Positions 11,695 through 24,934 of a stretch of DNA of 64,000 nt are shown piece by piece. The stretch is from Macrostomum hystrix (lineage: Eukaryota > Animalia > Platyhelminthes): contig CATNEN010000007.1 of assembly GCA_950097015.1 (NCBI GenBank), positions 3,348,001 through 3,412,000 on the forward strand, in the 5' to 3' direction. Both the position numbers and the translations under genes were made by a program. Under the pieces are notes generated by a model, which saw only the letters and a list, made by a program, of their open reading frames with translations, searched no databases and had not been told where the DNA came from. The first letter of the stretch is position 1. Each line of letters opens with the position of its first letter.

Positions 11695-12249
11695 CTTGAT
11701 CTAAAGAAATTGAACCTCTGCAAGCAAACTTATCAGCCAAGCCCAATTTTTATTTCTACGCTCGTAATATATAACTAATATAAATAATATAGAACACAAG
11801 TTCATTTCGTCATAATTTTAAATTTTTATATATTCACTAAAGTTTCTACTTTTAGTAAGAAATAAACTAGAAAATTATGCGTAAGTATTTTTGAGCAAAG
11901 CACAGAGCTATCCGCATCCTTCAAGTGGCCTCGTGTGGCAATGGCTGGTCCCACTCAGACCTGTCAGTCACGACTGTTTGAGAAAGCCAGAAGTAGCTCT
12001 TCATTCAGCACGCAGAAAAATTTTGGCTTCTTGAATTTTCTGGAGCTGGAAAGTCGAAATTTCAAGTGCGACTAGATATTTCCTGTCGAGTGAAAGAAGT
12101 GAACAAAACTTAGCCTCTGGGTTGTATTTTTTAGCTTAGAAAACATTTCGTGGTGCTCATTGCAAGGCCATTCCAAGATTTTGATAAATCTGAGCAGAAA
12201 GACAATTTTGGAACTTTATGAGATTGAAATACGAGCGTAGCCTCGTGCA

Positions 12250-13450
12250 GGGAGAAGGGTGAGAGTGGAAGATAGACGAGAGAGAGAAGGGTGAGAGTGC
12301 AGAAGATAGACGAGAGAGAGAGAAGGGTGAGAGTGGAAGATAGACGAGAGAGAGAAGGGTGAGAGTGCAGAAGATAGACGAGAGAGAGAGAAGGGTGAGA
12401 GTGGAAGATAGACGAGAGAGAGAGAAGGGTGAGAGTGGAAGATAGACGAGAGAGAGAAGGGTGAGAGTGCAGAAGATAGACGAGAGAGAGAGAAGGGTGA
12501 GAGTGGAAGATAGACGAGAGAGAGAAGGGTGAGAGTGCAGAAGATAGACGAGAGAGAGAGAAGGGTGAGAGTGGAAGATAGACGAGAGAGAGAAGGGTGA
12601 GAGTGGAAGATAGACGAGAGAGAGAGAAGGGTGAGAGTGGAAGATAGACGAGAGAGAGAGAAGAGTGAGAGTGGAAGATAGACGAGAGAGAGAAGGGTGA
12701 GAGTGGAAGATAGCTTAGAGAGAAAAGGGTGAGAGTGGAAGATAGAAGAGAGAGAGAAGGATGAGAGTGGAAGATAGATGAGAGAGAGAAGGGTGAGAGT
12801 GGAAGATAGATAAGAGAGAGAAAAGGGTGAGAGTGAAATATAGATATGAGAAAGAAAAGGGTGAGAGTGGAAGATAGACGGGAGGGTGAGAGTGGAAGGT
12901 AGATGAGAGAGAGAAGGGTGAGAGTGGAAGATAGCTTAGAGAGAGAGAGAAGGGTGAGAGTGGAAGATAGATAAGAGAGAGAGAAGGGTGAGAGTGGAAG
13001 ATAGATAAGAGAGAGAAAAGGGTGAGAGTGAAATATAGATATGAGAAAGAAAAGGGTGAGAGTGGAAGATAGATGTGAGAGAGAAGGGTGAGAGTGGAAG
13101 ATAGATGTGAGAGAGAAGGGTGAGAGTGGAAGATAGATGTGAGAGAGAAGGGTGAGAGTGGAAGATAGACGGGAGGGTGAGAGTGGAAGATAGATGGGAG
13201 AGAGAAGGGTGAGAGTGGAAGATAGACGGAAGAGAAAAGGGTGAGAGTGGAAGATAGATAAGAGAGAGAAAAGGGTGAGAGTGGAAGATAGATAAGAGAA
13301 AGAAAAGGGTGAGAGTGGAAGATAGATGGGAGAGAGAAGGGTGAGAGTGGAAGATAGACGGGAGAGAAAAGGGTGAGAGTGGAATATAGATATGAGAAAG
13401 AAAAGATTGAGAGTGGAAGATAGACGGGAGAGAGAGAAGGGTGAGAGTAA
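12250..13450. repeat. GA-rich ~30-bp minisatellite (gagaagggtgagagtggaagataga...)
   Basis: Tandem copies between the convergent 3' ends of the IL-17-like and kinase genes. Confidence 0.95.
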
Positions 13451-13934
13451 GATGCAGGGACACTAAAGCTGAGATGGTCGAGCAGACAAGGCATAAAATG
13501 GGATTGAATCTAAGTTCTCAAACGAACCTCCCGCAGTGAAAAACAGCTCACATTTCGTTGCGACGAAATATTGCGACAAAACAGAACTTTTTACAACAAC
13601 AAAAGCGAGAAGCTAAATTTAAGAAAGGCAGCAAGCAAAACAGAACAAGAAAAGTAAATTTCTTACAAAAGTGACGCGGGCAGAGCAAAGTTAAGGCGCT
13701 TATAAAATACTCGTACGACGTAAACTAAATTTCTTAGAATTCTACGAAATTCAAACGAAGGAAATACCACCGTATATTGCTGAAACATTGCTGACACATT
13801 GCTAAAACAGTGCTCAAACTGTGCTCAAGCAGTGCTCAAACTGTGCTCAAACAGTGCTCTAACATTTCTTAAAGACTGTTTAAATATTGCTCAAACATGA
13901 CTTCAAGAGTCCTCAAAGAGTGCTCAAACAGTGC

Positions 13935-15420
13935 TCAAGCCGGCTTGGGTTTGTTCATTTTGCGCATCAGTTCAAGGATGCTGCCGGGGCCGCAGTCAGA
14001 TTCAGCTAGGCTGGCGCCCCGACACCAGGCCGACTCCATGAACTCGGCGGCGGAACAGCGATCCACCTGAGCATAGGGTGAGCGGATTGGGGATGATAGA
14101 AAGCTGGGGAGAGGGAATCCCAATGCCACAGACTCAAGAATCCCATTAACTAAGAATCAAGATTCAAGCAACGCAACCTCACACTAAATAATCTCATAAT
14201 CCCACTCTCAAGAATCCCATTTCCAAAACTCAAGAATCAAAAACCACACACTCAAAATCCCAAAACCCCACACTCTATAATCCCAAAACCCCACACTCAA
14301 TAATACCAAAACCCCACACTCAAGAATCCCATTTCCCAAACTCAAGAATAAAAAAACCACACACTCAAGAATCCCATTTCCCAAACTCAAGAATAAAAAA
14401 ACCACACACTCAATAATACCAAAAGCCCACACTCAAGAATCCCAAAACCCCACACTCAAGAATCCCAAAACCCCACACTCAAAATCCCAAAACTCCACAC
14501 TCTATAATGCCAAAACCCCACACTCAATAATACCAAAACCCCACACGCAAGAATCCCAAAACCCCACACTCAAAATCCCAAAACTCCACACTCTATAATG
14601 CCAAAACCCCACACTCAATAATACCAAAACCCCACACGCAAGAATCCCAAAACCCCACACTCAATAATCCCAAAACCCCACACTCAAGAATCCCATTTCC
14701 CAAACTCAAGAATAAAAAAACCACACACTCAATAATACCAAAAGCCCACACTCAAGAATCCCAAAACCCCACACTCTATAATCCCAAAACCCCACACTCT
14801 ATAATCCCAAAACCCCACACTCAATAATCCCAAAACCACACACTCTATAATCCCAAAACCACACATTCAAGAATCCCAAAACCCCACACTCTATAATCCC
14901 AAAACCCCACACTCTATAATCCCAAAACCACACATTCAAGAATCCCAAAACCTCACACTGAAGAATCCCATTACCCGAAACGTATCAATCCCTTAAAACC
15001 GCACTCCAGAATCCCCAACCGCCCACCTGGCAGGCCTGCAGCAGTCGGTGAAGGCAGTCGCGGCATTCCCTGCTGAGCCGCAGGCAGATCTTGCAGTTGG
15101 CGCAGGCCTCGGCATAGCTGAAGCTGCGAATCGCGTCAGCGAGGTCTGCCGACTCTGAATAGGGGCAGCGGCCGTGGAGCATGCTGTAAGCAATGATCCC
15201 TAGCGCCCAGACATCGCACTTGTAATTGTAGCTGCTACCGTTGACTATCTCTGGGGCCTGGTAGACAGGGGTGCCGACATTGTCTACTAGTGAGTGCTCG
15301 ATGCACCTGAGCTCGATTGACAGGCCGAAATCGGTGAGCTTCACTGAGTAGGGACACGATACTGCCAGATCCTCTTCTGCGAGACTGCGATAACTCTGGA
15401 CCCGTCTGGCTTGTCGATGC

Positions 15421-15456
<36 letters not shown>

Positions 15457-17891
15457 GGTCGCTCATTTTCATGACGAGTTCTAAGCAGGCAGTTCTGCAG
15501 CTTCAGATCCCGATGGACGATGCGGCATTTGTGAAGAAAAGTCAACGCATTGCCAACCTGATTAAAATAACAAATTCAGTAGATGAGGGGTCTGCGTGAG
15601 TTCAGCTAGGGGGCTGATTGAGTACAGTAGGGATCCGGTTGAGTAGAGTGGGATCTGCATGAGAACAGTTGGGATTTGATTGAATACAGTTGGGATCTGA
15701 TTGAGTACAGTTGTGATCTGATTGAGTACAGTGGGGATAAGATTGAGAGGAGTGGGATTTTAATGAGTAGAGTGGGATCTGAATGAGTAGATTGGGATCT
15801 GAATGGGTAGATTGGGATCTGAATGAGTAGATTGGGATCTGAATGAGTAGAGTGGGATCTGAATGAGTAGATTGGGATCTGAATGAGTAGATTAGGATCT
15901 GAATGAGTAGAGTGGGATCTGAATGAGTAGATTGGGATCTGAATGAGTAGATTGGGATCTGAATGAGTAGAGTCGGATCTGAATGAGTAGATTGGGATCT
16001 GAATGAGTAGATTGGGATCTGAATGAGTAGAGTCGGATCTGAATGAGTAGATTGGGATCTGAATGAGTAGAGTCGGATCTGAATGAGTAGATTGGGATCT
16101 GAATTAGTAGAGTCGGATCTGAATGAGTAGATTGGGATCTGAATGAGTAGAGTCGGATCTGAATGAGTAGAGTGGGATCTGAATGAGTAGATTGGGATCT
16201 GAATGAGTAGAGTCGGATCTGAATGAGTAGATTGGGATCTGAATGAGTAGAGTCGGATCTGAATGAGTAGATTGGGATCTGAATGAGTAGAGTCGGATCT
16301 GAATGAGTAGAGTGGGATCTGAATGAGTAGATTGGGATCTGAATGAGTAGAGTCGGATCTGAATGAGTAGATTGGGATCTGAATGAGTAGAGTCGGATCT
16401 GAATGAGTAGAGTGGGAGGGATCGGATTGAATACCTGTCTGAGGAGACATCTTGCGTCGGTCTCATCAAAGCTGCCACGCCTGTCCAGCTCGTCTCCCAG
16501 GGTGCCAGCGTCGCAGAGCTCCATGAACAGATAGCAATTGTTCTCAGACTCATAAATGATCTCCAGCTGAACAATGTTCTCATGTTGGAATCGTCTCAAA
16601 ACTCGAATTTCATTCTCCCACGACTTGCCGTATGTCGACTTGGTGTCCTTGTTCTTTGCCAGCTGCATTAGGGAAGCGATTTGACAGTCAGTAGATCTTA
16701 CATCTGTCTGTATGACTGTATGTCTGTCTGTCTAAACTTCAAACTTTCCAATGTTGAACACTTTCTCAAGCAAATAGTGAGTAGGAGTGCTTCAAGCATC
16801 TCGCCAAGCTACTCAAGCTGAGCACAGTGACTGCAACTACATCTACTGTACGATTCAGAAAAAAAACTGAGCTTAATTTGGGGTCCAAAAGAGAGCAGGG
16901 TCGTGAGCTCAGGCAAAGCTAACTGGCCATTCTGGGCATTCAAAGCGCAGTTTTTTATTTATTTGAGTGACAGCTAAGCTGCCAAGTGGGCAAAGAATTT
17001 TTTGGCCTTTAAGCTAAATGCAACTGAGTGCAAAGACTTAGCAAAACATCATCCTTTGTATAATACGAGCGTAGCAGTCATTGCAAGCTTTCGAGAGTAG
17101 CTTTCAATAACTAAACTTTGAGCATAATAAACTGCACTTTGAGTAGATTAAACTACAGTTTGAGTAGATTAAACTACAGTTTGAGTGGATTAAACTACAG
17201 TTTGAGTAGATTAAACTACAGTTTGAGTAGATTAAACTACAGTTTGAGTAGATTAAACTACAGTTTGAGTAGATCAAACTACAGTTTGAGTAGATCAAAC
17301 TACAGTTTGAGTAGATCAAACTACAGTTTGAGTAGATCAAACTACAGTTTGAGTAGATCAAACTACAGTTTGAGTAGATCAAACTGCAGTTTGAGTAGAT
17401 TAAACTACAGTTTGAGTAGATCAAACTACACTTTGAGTAGATCAATTGAAACTTTGAGCAGTTGAATCAAAGGTTTGAAAAGCTATCAGTCAGTCAGAAG
17501 CCTGTCAAACCTTTTTCACAGCGAATCGCTCCCCGTCTCGCTTTCGGACCGCCAGCAGCACGTGCCCGAAGGCGCCTTTGCCAAGCGTCTCGCCGAATTC
17601 AAAGTCGGACTCCAGCTGCAGCGAGCTGTCAATCTTGACATAGTCAACACTGAGTACAGTCTGGCGCTGCTGCTGATAATGCTGATGTCGCTGCTGGTGC
17701 TGCTGTTGGCTGGCGTCGTCTGTGGCAGTTGCCGACGAAGTCGACAAGGACCTGCCGTGCGGAGCACCTGGAACAGGTTGAGTGCGGCATTTTGATAATG
17801 CTTTACATCTGCCATCATAAGCGCATTGCTTACCCTTGTCGAGCTGTCGACTGTGATGCATTTGAATAGAATTTGATTGTGAAATTCGCAT
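13935..17891 (-). CDS. STK33: CAMK-group Ser/Thr kinase, STK33-like (~423 aa)
   Basis: Exons 17891-17511, 16662-16435, 15557-15027 and 14066-13935 (all phase 0). Catalytic motifs are intact: GKGAFGHV, AVKK, ENE, HRDLKLQN, DFG, APE, DVWALG. The C-terminal SILELMRK resembles the STK33 tail. The kinase call is secure; the orthology and start codon are less so. Confidence 0.8.
14170..14960. repeat. ~23-bp minisatellite (cccaaaaccccacactcaagaat)
   Basis: Tandem copies in kinase intron 3. Confidence 0.93.
15625..16415. repeat. 20-bp minisatellite (gaatgagtagattgggatct)
   Basis: Tandem copies in kinase intron 2. Confidence 0.97.
17130..17455. repeat. 21-bp minisatellite (gagtagattaaactacagttt)
   Basis: Tandem copies in kinase intron 1. 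Confidence 0.97.
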
Positions 17892-20384
17892 CAGCAAGGT
17901 AAAACACTACTTATACAGAGTCTCAGGGCCTACTAGTAACTCAACAGAGCATGCCTGGCTGCCGCCAGAGAGGGTTGCTGGGGTATGGCCTGGGTAGGGT
18001 GTGGAGCCCTTGATTGGGTTGCCACGATGAGGTGGAGGGTAGGTGGTGACGGCTGGCGCTTTCGGAGTCTGGGACGCATAGGAAAATATTGTTCGCGTGG
18101 AGTGTTGGGCGATTGCATTGTTGGGGGGGGGAGCGGCTAGAGGCGGGAGAGGAAAACCCAGAGGGGAAGAGAGTGAGAGACGGGGAGAGAGAAAGGTGAC
18201 TGCCTGGCATTGTTGGTCGAGAAGCTGCAGACAGATTCGTGTCGGATAGATTGACTTGAATATCCAATGCGGCCAAACTGAGAGTACACGCAATACCACC
18301 ACAATGAGCTGCTCTGGGGGAAGGTAAAAGTGCACAGCAGCTCTCCACGGGCTTAAAAGACAGGCCCAAATGTCAATGAAATGTCAACCTACCATGCTTC
18401 CAAACTGGCATTAGCAACGCTGCTGAATTGATTTACAAATATTACTTGCAAATCAATTAATAATTCAACCAATTGAGACGGCGGCCTTGAAAGCCTTAAG
18501 ACTCCAGGTGTTGGGAATTCCGAGTCTGTACGCTTTTATACTCGCCTAGATACTAATATTGTAGACTGCAGCCCAATTCTTATCTGTGAGCACTGGGGCT
18601 GCTCTGAGCGGCTAGTGGCGGGGTGGGTGCCTCACACATTTTCAGCGCACGGTGTGCTCAGAGTCAAATATTTGCTCAGAATAAATGCCGACCGGGTTTA
18701 ACTGCGCAAATCCTTTGCCCGGTATAGGAGAAAATACTCTAGCCTAATGGGTGCGCGATTCTGTGAGCATTTTACGCATTTATCGGCAATAACTGCGAAC
18801 ATTACACTATACACTATAATAAGAGTAAATTCGTTTCAAACCCTATTAATTAACGCAAATCGTTAATTAACGAAGTTAAAAAACTAAAATTTCCCGGTGC
18901 CTAGCACAATCTGCGTGCATTAATTACATGCAATTCTCAGATAACAAGGCAGATATATTCTGCTGACGACCGCGAAACACTGACTATTAGGCTAGTATGT
19001 GGCCTAATCTGAGCTACCGTGCGCTGCACCGAGTCGCTATCTGCGCCACTCTCGGCGGGTGACAAATTAAATTTTAATCCTCAATAATTAAATACTCGGG
19101 TCAGCGAGTTTGGTTGGCACTTTACAAAATAGAAAACAGCAACAGCACACGCCTCAACTCACCGCAGCCGCAAATGCGTGACCTGCCAGACAGTTCCCAA
19201 GACATTCAGCTGGCTACTAGTGCAGTGTTTGTTTATCTAGACTGGCCCTCTTAACTATTATGAGCTTGATTAACTAGGGATTAAAGGAAACCCTAGAGGA
19301 CTAAGAGGGGCTAGTTGAGCTGAGCTGAGCATGCCAACTCTGTGTGTGTGAGAGCGGAGGCCGCAGAGCATTTTATAGACAGCCAGACAGAGAGAGAGAC
19401 AGAATGAAGAAGTGAGAAGAGAGATGGATGAGAGCAAATACCATTGTGCCGGCCAACGCACAGACCACAGCCAACTCAGCGGGGCGCCGCAGAAGCAGCT
19501 TCCCAAAAGAGGAGCTGATGAATTCCCAGACCCGCTTCAACAGGGACGGGAGCCCGCAGCGGCAGCAGCAATAATTCAAACTGCTCAGTTAATGCTCAAA
19601 AAAATGTATTTTATGAGTTTCAAAAGCTGCAGCAAGCTTGAGTAGCTAGCCATTTCACCAGACAGCGGAGTACAGTTTCATAGCCTCTTATTAAAACCGC
19701 AGTGACGGTACATTTGACCTTTGTACTACAGTAGAGCTGTGAGACGGCTTTGTCTTACAATCCTACAAGTGTGTGTCTGAGCTGCAACAGGTCTATCTGC
19801 CTTGTAATACAAAATAATGATGCCAATTAGCACTAAGGTGCTTTGAATCTACAAGCTGCGAGGCTGTGGGTATAACAAAAACAATTGCGCATAGCTTTCT
19901 ACTGATGTAATTTAACAAATGCATTACCAACGATTGAGTTAATAAACTAAATAATACAATAAAAACTAACTATTTGTATTTCAATTGGTGACTAAGACAA
20001 TGCGTAAATGGGATCATATTCAGTAACAAACGTTCAAGACAAAAACAGATGAAACAGCATTGCTTAAGTTCTGTATATTTCTGTAAAAGCTTGTCACATA
20101 GTTAATAGAATGTGAATAGCCAGAAAAACAAATGCAACATTTCCTTATTCTCAAAAAGTTGATAGTTTTAGGAACAAAGTCGCGAAGGCCAATAAAAGCA
20201 GAAATCAGCACAACCGTCTGATCGAATCTTTTTAAAGAAATTGACTGGCTTCATGAAACTATTTTTTAAAACTAAAAACAACATTTTAAAAGGCAAAGTT
20301 AGGATAAATTTCGGGATCAAAATCAAAAGCATTACTTCCAGATCAGAACTAACACGCGGATGCCACTCCTACGATTCATGATAA

Positions 20385-20730
20385 AATCCTGGGAACTAGG
20401 ATCCAGATTACCGAATTCTGGATAAAGACTCTGGAGCTAAGGATAAAGATCCTGGGATTCAGGATAAAGATCATTGGATTCGGGATAAAGATCATTGGAT
20501 TCGGGATAAAGATCATTGGATTCGGGATAAAGATCATTGGATTCGGGATAAAGATCATTGGATTCGGGATAAAGATCATTGGATTCGGGATAAAGATCAT
20601 TGGATTCGGGATAAAGATCATTGGATTCGGGATAAAGATCATGGGATTCGGGATAAAGATCACGGGATTCAGGATATAAAGATCAAGGGATTCAGGATAA
20701 AGATCAAGGGATTCAGGATAAAGATCCTGG
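20385..20730. repeat. 21-bp minisatellite (ggattcgggataaagatcatt)
   Basis: Tandem copies downstream of the URB1 stop. Confidence 0.95.
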
Positions 20731-20847
20731 GAGTCGAGGAATAACCATATGATTTAGGGACAACTAAATATGTGAAATAGTTAAGGATAGTCGCTACGCT
20801 GACGCGATAGGAAGCCGAATATCTAACGCCTATCTTATCTGCCGCAG

Positions 20848-23800
20848 TCAGGAATCGCCTACAGTCAGCTCAGCCGAGTCGTCCACCTCGGTTGTCCATT
20901 CGCCGACCTGCTGCCGGACGCAATGCAGTTCGGCGCAGTCTGTAGCGGCAGCAAAGGCTGGCAGCTGCAGCAGGCAGCGCATCTGGCCCACAAAGTGGAC
21001 CGGCAGGCTGTCCGCTGGCCGGCAGCCGAGCAGGCAGCGCCACAGCACGCGGACGAGGCGGCGACAGATGGCCAGCTGGCGAGCCTCGGCGTTGCAGACG
21101 ACCCCGGACAGCCAGACAATGAGCTGGTGCCGGTTGACCATGCTGACAGCGGCCGGACGCAGCGAGGCCAGCCGGCAGAGCAAGCGCAGGGTCAGACACT
21201 TGGCAGTGCCGTCTAGAGCCGGGTAGATGGCCAGCAGCGTCTTGACGGCGAAGCTGCGCTCCAGCAGGCGATAGTCTTCCAGATCTCTGGCACCCTGAGC
21301 GAATAGCTGCAGCAGCCACTGGCGTTCAACTCGATGATCGACGTGGTCGGACATAAGGAAGCGCCAGAGCTCCGGGGCTGCGTTCAATGGCAGAGCGGAT
21401 CGGGCGGTCAGGAAGCGCCACAGAAGGCCGTACATCCGCTGCTGCGGCTTTAGCAAGGCCTCGGCGCAACGGGCTAGAAACAGGGCGATCAGGCAGGGCA
21501 GGCGACGATTGGCCGATGTCAGAGTCGACCGGACCACGCCGATGAGGTAGCAGGCCTGATCCCGCTCCGGGAATCGCTGGGACTGGGAATCGCAGCCGCG
21601 GTACAGATTGGCTAGCACAGTCAGGCCTAGCAGGCGGATCCGCTCGGAGTGGCTGGCCAGAGAGGCGATGGCCAGGGACAGGCAGTGGTGCCGGATGGCG
21701 GCGCTGGCCTCCAGGCCGGCTGGCAGCAGGCGGCAGAGCAGCGGCAGCAGCCAGCACGGATCGTACAGGCCGGGTCTGGCCGGCTGCAGCAGCGGCTTTG
21801 GGTGGCTCAGCCAGGCCCGGTCCAGGGGAAAGTGCACCGCGGTGTACAGTACGCGCCTGGTGACAATTTAGTTTTAATAATATAGAATTATTCTTAGTTC
21901 CTAGCCGATGCGTTGCTGATAAGAAAAGTTATACTGCTGTATGATGCACACTACTGAGTACGAGTAGTCAGTAAGAACATGCAAACAGTTATATTATCCC
22001 CACGGTCATTTAAAAAAATAGGACACATTTATACCCACTGTCATTGTGAAAGAAGACAAAATTATCCCCACGGTCATTGTGAAAGCAGACAAAGTTATCA
22101 AACGGTCATTAATTGGGTCATTAAAACATCAAGGGCATTAAAACATTAAGCCTACAATTGCAATTATCTGCTCAGCCTACAGCTGGCGGCCTCACCTGGG
22201 CTCCAGCTGAGCCAGAATGCCGGCCGGTGGCGGCGCGGCAAACAGGCGGCTGCTGAGGTCGGGCTGGAAGCGCCGGCATTCGGCAAGCCGGCCAGACCAG
22301 CAACACTGGCTGAGGTCGCCAGGTAGGGCTCGCCTGAGCTGGTGCACAGCGGCAATGATCAGCTGGTCGCGGCCAGACAGGCTGGCCCCGTAGTGCAGCA
22401 TCAACGCGCCGGACAGTCGGATGGCGAAAGCCGACTCTGGCGGCGCCGATAATCGACGAGCGAGCGAGGCGAGTAGGCGAAGCACGGCGTCCAGCAGTCG
22501 GGGACAGTTTGAAGATACATCCGCGTTGACATTTGACAGCAGAAGGCGACGCAATGCCGGATGGTCCATTGCTAGAGCCAGAACACTGACAATGGCATCG
22601 TCGACATTTTCGTGACCTGGAGTCAGGACACTGGCGCAGCCAGCAGCAGCAGCATCCACTACTAGGCAGACAATCTCTGACTTCGGCTGGAAGCTCTTGC
22701 GGCAAAAGCGCTGCCAGGAGCTCGGCGACAATTGCGTCTCCGCGTCGGGAGAAATCATCTGCTCGGCTGCGGTTCTGCGACGATCGGGCAAGTCGGCAAG
22801 GTCGCAGACGCAGGCCGGAAGCTGGTCGGCGACGACGCCACCGGCTTCAAAATCCTCGTCTGGGTCCTGATCCTCAAATGTGGCGGTTGCAGCGGCAACT
22901 TCGTCGATGTCAATTGCTGCCGGAGCTGCCGCGGTGGTCGTCAGCAGCTTCGGAATGTCGACGCCACCGCCGTCTAATGCGGAAGCAGCAGCGAGCGCTT
23001 TAGCAACCAGAGCCTCGGCCTCGGCATCAGACGCGGCAGCCTCGGCGTATTCCGTTGCCTTGTCAACCAGGCCAAGCGGATCGCCAGCTATGACAGCCTC
23101 GGCGAGTGCTGCGTCAAGGACTGTGGCGTCCCTGCCGCCTTTGCTGTGGAGGCAGATTCGCCAGGCGCGTATAACGAAGGCCAGGCGTTGAGCCAGAAGT
23201 CGCCGGATGCGTCGACAACGCGAACGAACAGCGGCAACAGTGTCGGTAGAGACGCCGGTGTCTGCGAGAGTCAGGCCGGAGGCGAGGTGCGCCTGGACAT
23301 CGCTGTTCGGCAACAGTAGCCCTTTCATAGTGAAACTAGCTGTCTCATCATCCTTAGCAACCATGGCGGCGTCCCTAACAACGGCCGCCAGAGCGATCCT
23401 AGCCGCCTCGGCGTCGCCTTCCTCTTCCGCTTCGCCAGCGTCGCCGTCGTCAACACCCCAGAGAGCGGCGAGGCAGTCGGCCGCGGCCAGCCAGCTGGGT
23501 CCCGGCCGCGGGGGCAACAGCGGCTCCAGTGCCTCGCCGGTTAGCCGGGCCGCCAGCTCCGGGCAGCGTCGGCCAATGCTGGCTGCCAGCCGTCGGTAAC
23601 GCCCGCTGGCCACCAGCCGGCTGGCCAAACAGTTGACCAGCAGGTGGCACAGGAGGGGATTCTCGCCTCGACGAAATAGAATGCCGTCACGCCTGGAGGC
23701 GCCCAAGCCGCGGAGCAGCCGGTAAGCCGCTTCGCGCACAGCCAATGCCGCCTCGCTGACGCTGCTCTCGGTGCCGCCTTCGTCGTCTACCTCGCCGATA

Positions 23801-24934
23801 GTCGAGTCGTCAGCTTTAGCAGCTCCTGGCCGCCTGTGCTGCTGAGCCTGCTGTAGCGGCGCCGAGTAGGCCAGCAGGCGAGCTAGACAGCTCAGCTGCC
23901 GCCTGCCGAACAGGCGGGCCTTCTGCGTCTTACTGACACCGCTGCCCGACGCTAGGAGTCGGTCAGTCAGCGCCGGCAGGAGCAGCAGAAGCGTGGCCGG
24001 CTTGTCCTGGTCCAGGCGCTCCAACAGCTGGCCGGCAAAGTCGGCGCCTCGCTCGAGAAAGGCGCGAACTACAGTACTGCCCGATTTGCCTAGGATAAAA
24101 GTGCATAGTTAATTTAGTTAGGGAATCCTATAAATGAATTTTGAATAGATAGAATAATTGAAGAACGAGGATCAGAAGGAGTTCAGACTAAGGGATCAGT
24201 GCTGGGAGAATGACGATCATAAGCAGTCCTGAATTAGGGATCAGCGATGGGAGAATGAGGATCATAAGCAGTCCTGAATTAGGGATCAGCGATGGGAGAA
24301 TGACAGTTATAAGCAGTGAATTAGGGATCAGCGATGGGAGAATGAGGATCATAAGCAGTCATGAATTGGGGATCAGTGATGAGAGAATGAGTTAGCTAGT
24401 TGGCTAACCTGCTCCAACTAGAAAGGCCACGCCGAGCTGCACGCAGCAATGCCGGATGTCGTCCTGATCGGCCGGATTTCGCCGCCTAGCCAGCGCCTGC
24501 CAGCGTCTGGCGCTGAAGTCGACAGCGTGCAGCAGAGTCTTGGCCGAGGTGGCGTCGCAGCTGGCCATTGCGGCGAGGCAGCGGAGGGCAGACTTGACCA
24601 CCGCGCCATTGTTGGCCGGATCCAGCGCCCGATAGACGCTGCCCAGGTGATCGTTGATCAGCGACTCGACTAAGGCCTGGCAGAGTCGGTTGCTAGCCAA
24701 GCTCTTCCTGGCCAGTGCGGCCAGGCAGTGGGTGGCAACAGTGAACACTACGCGGAGCTCCTGTGGCCGACGATGGCCCTCGTCAGTGGCCAGGTGATTC
24801 AATAGCTGGGAAGGCTCGGCGTTGCCCAGATCGACCAGGTCCTCGATGTGGGAGCTGGCATCGCCGGAGTCGAGATCGGCGCCTAGGGCCGATAGGCGAT
24901 CAAAGTCGCTGCAGATTTCTGACCACTCGTACTT
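20848..24934 (-). CDS. URB1: Nucleolar pre-ribosomal-associated protein 1 (URB1/Npa1); start codon not found in the exon
   Basis: Exons 24934-24409, 24089-22196 and 21856-20848 join in frame (3429 nt). The N-terminal region is Npa1-like (SALRCLAAMASCDATSAKTLLHAVDF...RRRN...DDIRHCCVQLGVAFL, KTQKARLF). The C-terminal region is NopRA1-like (YDPCWLLPLL, RRLPCLIALF, LPLNAAPEL, ERQWLLQL, EDYRLL). Confidence 0.9.
24190..24395. repeat. ~45-bp tandem repeat in the first URB1 intron
   Basis: About 4 copies of gggatcagcgatgggagaatgaggatcataagcagtcctgaatta. Confidence 0.88.

Noticed and set aside
17907-19645. ORFs of 60-142 aa between the kinase and URB1
   Set aside because: No recognisable domains, low-complexity purine/pyrimidine tracts and no consistent exon chain; this may be degraded TE sequence but I cannot support a call.
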